From: Desulfurococcaceae archaeon MEX13E-LK6-19
Lineage (GTDB): Archaea; Thermoproteota; Thermoprotei_A; Sulfolobales; Desulfurococcaceae
Assembly (NCBI GenBank): GCA_029637525.1
Contig: CP072660.1
Location: 799,612-831,611, forward strand
Length of the DNA: 32,000 nucleotides
Direction of reading: 5' to 3'
This document shows positions 25,939-32,000 of the stretch, in pieces. The notes under the pieces were generated by a model, which ran no database searches, was not told where the DNA came from, and saw nothing but the letters and a program-made list of their open reading frames with translations. Positions within the stretch are counted from its first letter, which is position 1; each line of letters starts with the position of its first letter. A program made the position numbers and the translations under genes.

Positions 25939-26795
25939 GTCATGAACTCCCTACTATACTCTAATACTTCCTTTAAGGACAAGTGTTTATGCTCTTTGTC
26001 TAAATAGGCCTCTATGAGCAAGTATGTGGCATTAGTTTTTCTTAATACCTTAAGTACCTCTCTATAATCTATGATACCTTGTCCTGGTATAATGTGCTCC
26101 TTCTTCTTATCGGAGACATCATGGAAATGTATTACATTAATTTTTTCAGCGCCAACAATATTTATGAGATCTTGTAGGAATGATTGAAAGTCACGGTAGT
26201 AGTCTTTGTAACTCCTTATATAGGATATGTATGCATGTGCGACATCTAATACTAAACATAGGTTTTCGTCGCTAATTACTTCTGGAAGATCCTGTATATC
26301 GCTTGTGAATAAGTTGGATAAATTCTCTATACACAAAAGTGGTAGTGTATCAAGTTTTTCGCGGAGCTTCTCCAAGATCTCCGTGACACTATTCTTAGCA
26401 GCCTTTATTGTCTCTCTTCTATTATCTGCTATTGTGAGTTTTTGCATAGTGTTTACATGGAGCACAATATATTCCAGTTTTGTTTCTATAGACAAAACAG
26501 CCTCAATGGCATTGATTACCTCGTCTACAGACGCTTTTCTTATTCTCTCCACAGGTGATGCGAGATGGATGTCTCTCCAAGGTGCATGAATAGCTATCCC
26601 AATGCCTTCACTTGTTATTTCTTTTATCATCTCTTGAAGAGAATCATTATGCTTATATGGCCAAGGATAATCTATGCTTAGCTCAACATACTTCACACCA
26701 TAGTCAATGAAGAACGTGATTATTTCACGGAGCCGTTCATGGTTTCTTTCGATTGTGCCAAACCAGAGTGGCAAGCCAATTTTCGGCAATGCCAT
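25914..26795 (-). CDS. Xylose-isomerase-like / AP-endonuclease-2 (EndoIV-like) TIM-barrel protein
   Basis: The metal-ligand-like series is in family order: IHAPW, LHVN, CIENL, LDVAHA, HFHD, PGQGIIDY, LIEAY. ATG 26795 lies 1 nt after the upstream gene's stop. The ORF-track TTG 26810 is in the same frame. Confidence 0.72.
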   Translation of the reverse strand: MALPKIGLPLWFGTIERNHERLREIITFFIDYGVKYVELSIDYPWPYKHNDSLQEMIKEITSEGIGIAIHAPWRDIHLASPVERIRKASVDEVINAIEAVLSIETKLEYIVLHVNTMQKLTIADNRRETIKAAKNSVTEILEKLREKLDTLPLLCIENLSNLFTSDIQDLPEVISDENLCLVLDVAHAYISYIRSYKDYYRDFQSFLQDLINIVGAEKINVIHFHDVSDKKKEHIIPGQGIIDYREVLKVLRKTNATYLLIEAYLDKEHKHLSLKEVLEYSREFMTWAKIYLA

Positions 26796-26796
26796 A

Positions 26797-27255
26797 CTAG
26801 TTTTCCTCAATGGCTTTTTCTAGTTCACTTAAGCTCGTATATTTGTCTCCAAGACATACGTGCCTGTTATCGACTGCGTATGATATTATTTTAGAGCCTC
26901 CTTTAATGCCTATTAGGTAAAAATATTTTGTATCAAAAACCTCGTCATCCTTCATACTTCTTAGAAAATATACTATTACATCGGGTAATGTATTAACAAA
27001 TATTCTTAGTACTTGTGCTCCCCAGTCCTTTTGTTCGATGAGCCTGTAGAGTATGACTTTTTTCTCTCTAAGAACATCTCTGGGAAGGCTCTTGCCAACA
27101 ACTTCAATGGTCTCCTTGATTCCAACAATATATATCCTGTTTATTCTGCTATTTACATGTATTAGAGAGTTTATGAATGCTATGAGTTCTCTTATAGAAT
27201 CTCTGCTAGTCCCTGGGATTAACAGTAGTCGCTTCTTTTCCGTCATAGTTATCAC
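26797..27255 (-). CDS. Hypothetical alpha/beta (Rossmann-like) protein, 152 aa, first gene of the rnhB operon
   Basis: Hydrophobic strands alternate with amphipathic helices (LLLIPGTS..., RIYIVG, KVILYRL, DVIVYFL, YFYLIGIKGG). It is tightly packed with the downstream TIM-barrel gene. Confidence 0.5.
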   Translation of the reverse strand: MITMTEKKRLLLIPGTSRDSIRELIAFINSLIHVNSRINRIYIVGIKETIEVVGKSLPRDVLREKKVILYRLIEQKDWGAQVLRIFVNTLPDVIVYFLRSMKDDEVFDTKYFYLIGIKGGSKIISYAVDNRHVCLGDKYTSLSELEKAIEEN

Positions 27256-27360
27256 ACCGTGATTTACCGGGGTGTGTAGTTAGTTTAGTAGCTTTTAAAA
27301 TAGTTTTTATTCCTTCTTATAAGAGTGGTTAAGTAGTGATTGAATCAAGGGTGGTATGTA

Positions 27361-27756
27361 ATGAGTGTTTTAGATGAGCTTAGAGAGATCCTTGAAGACC
27401 ATGAGCTTGATGTCGAGGTTAGGGATGGAGAGCTACAAGGCGTTCATGGAACTCTTCCTATAGCCATAGTCATAGCTATAGATGAAGACAATAATAGAGC
27501 TACAATAGAGCTAAGAGCTCTTGAAGACTTGGAGGATGTCATGAATGAACTCGTTGAATCAGGTGAGGATCTTCGATCCATAGTCGATGAGGTGCTATCG
27601 GAAATACGTGATATAGCAATAGAGTTATCCCGAATCCTTGAGTCACGAGGATACAAGGTTTCAGTAAACATACGTGAAGGAGAAAGCGATGTAAGGGATT
27701 TGATGGAGGATATTATCGAAGAGTATGAGGAAGTTGTTGGCGTGGAAGAAGAGTAA
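27361..27756 (+). CDS. Hypothetical highly acidic protein (131 aa from ATG 27361)
   Basis: GGGTGG precedes ATG 27361 by 5 nt. The ORF-track TTG 27340 is in the same frame. The protein shares the RGYKVSVNIRE motif with the 3346-3726 protein. Its stop lies 2 nt before the phosphohexomutase start. Confidence 0.55.
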   Translation: MSVLDELREILEDHELDVEVRDGELQGVHGTLPIAIVIAIDEDNNRATIELRALEDLEDVMNELVESGEDLRSIVDEVLSEIRDIAIELSRILESRGYKVSVNIREGESDVRDLMEDIIEEYEEVVGVEEE

Positions 27757-27758
27757 AG

Positions 27759-29135
27759 GTGGGTAGTGTGGGCAGGTTATTTGGTACGGATGGAGTAAGA
27801 GGTGTTACCAACAGGGATCTTACACCCGAGATGGCGCTTAGGCTAGGACAAGCTATTGGAACAGTCTTTGGCGAGGGCTCTAGAATTCTTGTTGGTAGAG
27901 ATATAAGAGCAGGCGGTTACATGATTAAACAAGCTGTTATAGCTGGTCTTCTTAGTGCTGGTGTAAAAGTTTATGACGCAGATCTAGTGCCTACTCCTGC
28001 ACTACAATACGTTGTTAAAACTGATGGGTTTGATGGAGGAGTTATGATTACAGCAAGCCATAATCCCCCCGAGTATAATGGAATCAAGGTCATTGATAGT
28101 GATGGTATTGAAGCTCCTCGCGAGAAAGAACAAGAAATAGAAGAGCTTTACTTTACAGGGAAAGTACATAGAACATCGTGGTCATCATTGTTAACAGACC
28201 CTAAACCATACCCTTATGTTAATGAAAAGTACGTAAAGGCAATTGTTTCTCATGTTGATAAAGAAGTTATTAGGAAGAGAGGTTTCAGGGTAGTAGTCGA
28301 TCCCGCTAATAGCGTTGGATCGATAACTACTCCTTGGGTTGCACGTGAACTAGGAGTTAAGGTTATTACTATAAACGGAAATCTGGACCCATCTTTTCCC
28401 GGTAGACCTCCCGAGCCTACCGTGGAGACTCTGGCTGACACTGCTACAGTCGTTAAATCACTTAACGCCGATTTCGGGATAGCTCATGATGGTGATGCCG
28501 ATAGAGCCATAGTAATTGATGATAAAGGTAGAGTCCAATGGGGAGATAAAACAGCAGTTATTCTAGCACGATTCATCGCAGAAAAACACAAGGATCTTCC
28601 GAGAAGAGTCTTTACAGCAGTTTCTTCAAGTACGCTCATCGAGGATATAATGAAGCCTCTTGGGATAGAAGTAGTGTGGCTAAAAGTAGGTAGTATAGGG
28701 ATCTCCAGAGAATTAGTAAAAAGAGGAGGTATATGTGGTTTCGAGGAGAATGGAGGATTCATGTACCCGCTACATCACCCTGTCCGTGATGGTGCAATGA
28801 CTTTTGCGCTTCTTCTCCAGCTTTTAGCTGAAGAGAGACGTAAATTATCTGAGTTATTCGATGAACTACCTCAATACTATGGCATCAAGACAAAGATCCC
28901 TATGCCTAGAGAAAAAGCGCTTGAAGTCGTTGAGAGAGTTAAAGAAGTATTTAAGGATTACAGGCAGATAACAATTGATGGCGTCAAAGTTATTGGTAAT
29001 GACTTTTGGGTTCTAGTAAGGCCTAGTGGTACAGAGCCGTTACTCAGGATAATGCTTGAAGCTAAAGACAAAGAAAAAGCAGAAGAAATACTTAGAACAG
29101 TAAAGAGTATTGCTGAAGAGGTGCTTCGTAGATGA
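27759..29135 (+). CDS. Alpha-D-phosphohexomutase (phosphoglucosamine mutase / phosphomannomutase type)
   Basis: The active-site Ser loop is TASHNPPEYNGIK, the Mg loop is AHDGDADR, the sugar loop is GFEENGG and the phosphate loop is RPSGTEP. Substrate specificity is not assignable from sequence. Confidence 0.9.
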   Translation: MGSVGRLFGTDGVRGVTNRDLTPEMALRLGQAIGTVFGEGSRILVGRDIRAGGYMIKQAVIAGLLSAGVKVYDADLVPTPALQYVVKTDGFDGGVMITASHNPPEYNGIKVIDSDGIEAPREKEQEIEELYFTGKVHRTSWSSLLTDPKPYPYVNEKYVKAIVSHVDKEVIRKRGFRVVVDPANSVGSITTPWVARELGVKVITINGNLDPSFPGRPPEPTVETLADTATVVKSLNADFGIAHDGDADRAIVIDDKGRVQWGDKTAVILARFIAEKHKDLPRRVFTAVSSSTLIEDIMKPLGIEVVWLKVGSIGISRELVKRGGICGFEENGGFMYPLHHPVRDGAMTFALLLQLLAEERRKLSELFDELPQYYGIKTKIPMPREKALEVVERVKEVFKDYRQITIDGVKVIGNDFWVLVRPSGTEPLLRIMLEAKDKEKAEEILRTVKSIAEEVLRR

Positions 29136-29521
29136 GGTACTGGGCTCTTGATGTAATTGCTTGTCTATATGATAAACATTATCCACTTGAACTAATAGTT
29201 TTCAATAAAGAAGAAGAAAATATTGAGGTAAAAGATATTCCTGTACCGTATTGTCAAACATATTGTGGGTACCTTAAAGAAGAGATAAAAAAGGACAAAG
29301 AGTATCCTTGTGTTGAATGTCTGAAAATAGAGATTACGGAAGGATTAGTTTATTGCCCTAAATGTCTACATTGGTACCCGATAAAAAATGGTATATTGAT
29401 AATGTTACCTAATAACAAGAGAAACAGGAAAAATGATATAGAGTTTCTTAAGAAATACAAAGATAAGATCCCAGAGAAGATATTGAACGAGGGTAAACCT
29501 GTTAACTTGTCATCAGGGTGA
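29132..29521 (+). CDS. Trm112-like Zn-ribbon protein with an inserted/extended middle region
   Basis: The N-terminal ALDVIACLYDKHYPLEL and the C-terminal LVYCPKCLHWYPIKNGILIML match the Trm112/UPF0434 pattern (L.C..C...YPI..GIP.ML). The ATG overlaps the upstream stop (ATGA). Confidence 0.55.
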   Translation: MRYWALDVIACLYDKHYPLELIVFNKEEENIEVKDIPVPYCQTYCGYLKEEIKKDKEYPCVECLKIEITEGLVYCPKCLHWYPIKNGILIMLPNNKRNRKNDIEFLKKYKDKIPEKILNEGKPVNLSSG

Positions 29522-29596
29522 ACAACTAGGTTAGTTTAATAGGGGTCTAAGGAATAATATCACATAAAAAATCTATGCAGCGAGGCTGTAGGAGAA

Positions 29597-29986
29597 TTGT
29601 CTGCAATGTTGTCAAATCTTGATGCATGGGTTAGAAAACAAAAAGAAGTACTCGAAAGCTTCCGTAAAGCTGAGGAATCAAACAAGAATCCAGATCGACT
29701 AGACTTGATAGTTCTATCTAGGACGGCATTTCAGCACATGATTAGAACAATTACAGCTTTTGACCAATGGTTACAGGAACCATTTGTTATAAGTCATATG
29801 CCGAAAGAAATGCTTGAAGACGTATGGAATACAGTCAGGAAGATCCTAAATGAGTTGCTTGAACTTGATATAAGACATACAAGCGGCTTTAAGGAGTATA
29901 TTGAAAAATTGGCTAAGGAAGGGAAGCTGAACCCGATTCTGGTATCGCCAAAGGAAGTGCCAAGAAGAATTTCGTTATCAACATAA
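29597..29986 (+). CDS. Hypothetical helical protein (129 aa)
   Basis: The ORF has alternative starts at TTG 29597 and ATG 29606. I recognise no motif. Confidence 0.5.
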   Translation: MSAMLSNLDAWVRKQKEVLESFRKAEESNKNPDRLDLIVLSRTAFQHMIRTITAFDQWLQEPFVISHMPKEMLEDVWNTVRKILNELLELDIRHTSGFKEYIEKLAKEGKLNPILVSPKEVPRRISLST

Positions 29987-30125
29987 ATAGCTGGGTATCG
30001 TTACATCAACGCCAGTAAGATAGGGAGTATTAGTTCTTCTTTTATTATAGACTAAAATTTTATAGATTATAATTGAGAAGAGAAGATGTCTTGAATATGT
30101 TTTTGTTTAGATTTGGGAATATTTG

Positions 30126-30611
30126 CTAAAATAGTCTCCTTCTTCTTGCCCTTCTAGTACGGGATGCAAGTTCTACTTCTGTATCTATTGGTGCAATCTT
30201 TATTCTAAGCTCGTCAATTAAATTCTTTATTTTTTCTTTTTCTTCATCACTAATAGCGTTTTCATTATTCTGTAGAAACTCTCTGCCCATACTTGTTACA
30301 ACAAGTTTTCTCCTAGGATCTGTTTCTAGCAGTCCCACATATAGTAATGCTACAAGGTCATTGTGTAAATCCTTGCTTGATGGTGTTGTGCCAAGCATTA
30401 TAAAGTTATATCCAAGATCATAGTCTTTTTCCTTCATATAGTATATTAGGTGTTGTAAAGCCTTCTCTGAAATGCCTCCGAGAATATTTATCATGTATAA
30501 GAGCTTTATTTTACGTGGATCGTTCTTTATGTCGTCTATTGTTATTACATGTTTTGTTATAATCTTTAATTCCTTTGATTTACCTGATGTACTTGATTGT
30601 TTTGAGGACAT
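30126..30611 (-). CDS. Hypothetical protein, possible winged-helix fold, Arg-rich C-terminus
   Basis: The N-terminus is Ser/Lys-rich. The core is KLLYMINILGGISEKALQHLIYYMKE...LHNDLVALLYVGLLE. A coiled-coil-like tail ends in RTRRARRRRLF. The gene lies 17 nt downstream of the membrane-protein gene. Confidence 0.5.
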   Translation of the reverse strand: MSSKQSSTSGKSKELKIITKHVITIDDIKNDPRKIKLLYMINILGGISEKALQHLIYYMKEKDYDLGYNFIMLGTTPSSKDLHNDLVALLYVGLLETDPRRKLVVTSMGREFLQNNENAISDEEKEKIKNLIDELRIKIAPIDTEVELASRTRRARRRRLF

Positions 30612-30628
30612 AATTTCCCACCTATCAC

Positions 30629-31546
30629 TTATTTTTTCTCCTGATTAACTCTAATTTCTTTTACTTCATCATATAGTTTTTTTAACGCTTCCTCTTTCTT
30701 CATGTTCTTTGTTATCATTAATACTGTTAATCTATAGCTTAAGTATTCGTCGCCTTTATCTCCATATAGTTTCCTGTAAATATCTTTTAGCGACTTCTCG
30801 ATCTCTGTAATCTTAGGTGTTTCTAGTGTAACAGGGGGTTTTTCTTCAAGTAACTGCTTTAGTGTTTCATCTAGCCTCCTTAAGTAGGCTCTTGATGTAG
30901 TGATATGGCTTATGTGAGCATAAGATAACGATGCTGCCAATATTATAACATAAACTGCCGTAAGGAAAAGTATGTCTACATTGGTTAGTTCAACACCTTT
31001 TTCTATAATCGATAAGAGTAATGCAAGTGATGCTAATGCGGTCAGACTATTAGCTATTGTTGTGTTATAGCGTAGTAGTACAATGCTTGTAATCAAGAGC
31101 ACTAAAACAATATTTATGGTTACTATATCAAATAATATTATAGGTAATGTTGCAGCGTATAATAGTGTAAGCCCTATGATTATTGTAGGCATTAGCATTG
31201 ATAAATGAGTCTTCATTCTTTCCTTGGCACTTATTTTACTATACAAATACACTTTATCCTCATATTCTTTGACGGCTTTATACAAGTCCTCGGTCATTAG
31301 CTTGCCATTGATATAATCTTCGACAATACCTTTTAACTTGATAATATATTTGAGTAGAAGACTTAATGCATCAATATACCTTCTTGTGGGTATCGGGGGT
31401 CTCGGGGTATTCTCGAGTACGTTTATAGTATCTCTTATCTGTTTGGTAATGGTATTGATCATTGGATCGTGTTTTTTCGAGAGCTTATCAAGAATAGATT
31501 TCAGCGTCTTCAATATATTCTCTTCAACAACTTTATTGGGATTCAC
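30629..31546 (-). CDS. Hypothetical membrane protein (about 4 central TM helices flanked by helical cytosolic domains)
   Basis: Hydrophobic segments lie between residues about 115 and 215. The N- and C-terminal regions are charged and helical. The gene is AT-rich. Confidence 0.55.
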   Translation of the reverse strand: MNPNKVVEENILKTLKSILDKLSKKHDPMINTITKQIRDTINVLENTPRPPIPTRRYIDALSLLLKYIIKLKGIVEDYINGKLMTEDLYKAVKEYEDKVYLYSKISAKERMKTHLSMLMPTIIIGLTLLYAATLPIILFDIVTINIVLVLLITSIVLLRYNTTIANSLTALASLALLLSIIEKGVELTNVDILFLTAVYVIILAASLSYAHISHITTSRAYLRRLDETLKQLLEEKPPVTLETPKITEIEKSLKDIYRKLYGDKGDEYLSYRLTVLMITKNMKKEEALKKLYDEVKEIRVNQEKK

Positions 31547-31699
31547 TCTGAGACACCTGGTATCACTTTCCGATTACTAGGAGAATGTTTTCATTTAATA
31601 ACTATATCGTATAGCCAGTTAATTTTTCTAAAATAGGGTAAGCAAATGTTCTTGGGCATCTAGGTTTTTTACGGTTTTTAGTATGAATTAAACTGTGAT

Positions 31700-31769
31700 G
31701 TGATGATAGAGAGTATGTTTGCCCGAGGCCTTAGGGGTTGGGGTCTATGAGGACTTCAGCGGCGCCTGA
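31700..31769 (+). ncRNA. Candidate C/D-box-like structured small RNA (70 nt)
   Basis: GTGATGA lies at 31700-31706 and CTGA at 31766-31769. The GC-rich centre is GCCCGAGGCCTTAGGGGTTGGGGTC, followed by ATGAG (C'-like). The length and layout match the 17959-18028 element. It lies in the 342-nt spacer upstream of the TIP49 gene. Confidence 0.35.
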
Positions 31770-31888
31770 TCATTTCTTCACTTAATAATCTTGATACAGT
31801 GTATTGAGATTCTAAACAATTTATTGATATATGAATAATTAATTCTTAAGAATCCTCTATTATATCTATCATTTTAGGGTGAAGAGCG

Positions 31889-32000
31889 GTGCCTGTGATC
31901 GAGGAAATTAAGGGTGTTAAGGCGATAAAGAGGATTGGTGCACACAGTCATATAAGAGGTCTAGGTCTTGATGAAAAAGGTAAAGCAATCCCTGTCGCAG
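31889..32000 (+). CDS. TIP49/RuvB-like AAA+ ATPase, 3' partial (runs off the right edge)
   Basis: The N-terminal signature is IEEIKGVKAIKRIGAHSHIRGLGLDEKGKA (RuvBL/TIP49: R-I-G-A-H-S-H-I-[KR]-G-L-G-L-D). The start is GTG 31889 or GTG 31895. Confidence 0.75.
   Translation, partial: MPVIEEIKGVKAIKRIGAHSHIRGLGLDEKGKAIPVA

Noticed and set aside
1-32000. I searched by eye for CRISPR arrays, tRNA/rRNA genes, and transposase, integrase or IS termini.
   Set aside because: I saw no regularly spaced direct repeats. No T-loop-like GTTCRANNC lies within the GC-rich spacers. No recombinase-like ORF is present. Absence cannot be proven without tRNAscan, Infernal or CRISPR finders.

Overview
This is a compact, roughly 90% coding chromosomal window. 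By gene content it comes from a hyperthermophilic crenarchaeon (TACK); that assignment is an inference. Housekeeping genes are recognisable directly from motifs. They are gatD (5' partial)-gatE, a thermosome subunit, rpoK, an M50/S2P protease, a type IA topoisomerase, a Sec11-type signal peptidase and enolase. A complete cdvA-cdvB-cdvC(vps4) division locus follows, then a PAC2-family proteasome chaperone with an HbYX tail, two Hsp20/ACD-like proteins and a DRG/TGS GTPase. The window ends with RNase HII plus an EndoIV/xylose-isomerase-like TIM barrel, an alpha-D-phosphohexomutase, a Trm112-like Zn-ribbon protein and a 3'-partial TIP49/RuvB-like ATPase. I saw no rRNA, tRNA, CRISPR array, transposase or integrase. 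The non-housekeeping content sits in AT-rich segments (about 28-35% GC on sampled lines versus about 42-47% in the core genes). One segment (3.3-7.3 kb) holds an HTH regulator, a 426-aa orphan, a PPP-type Ser/Thr phosphatase and a convergent ACD protein. A second holds a 519-537-aa orphan at 21.0-22.6 kb, wedged between vps4 and the PAC2 gene. A third holds a 161-aa/305-aa soluble+membrane pair at 30.1-31.5 kb. The observations most worth follow-up are these: (1) the Vps4 MIT domain is encoded upstream of the first canonical start codon. (2) A 53-codon K/R-rich in-frame extension upstream of a Zn-ribbon gene also has no ATG/GTG/TTG. (3) A nested 16-bp + 7-bp GC-rich hairpin straddles the stop codon of the orphan ORF at the vps4 convergent junction. 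(4) Three GC-rich intergenic islands are bracketed by C-box (GTGATGA) and D-box (CTGA) motifs, and two of them are exactly 70 nt long with a similar central hairpin. I cannot identify a clear-cut novel multi-gene system from sequence alone. The phosphatase island and the orphan ORF are the best candidates and need profile or structure searches.
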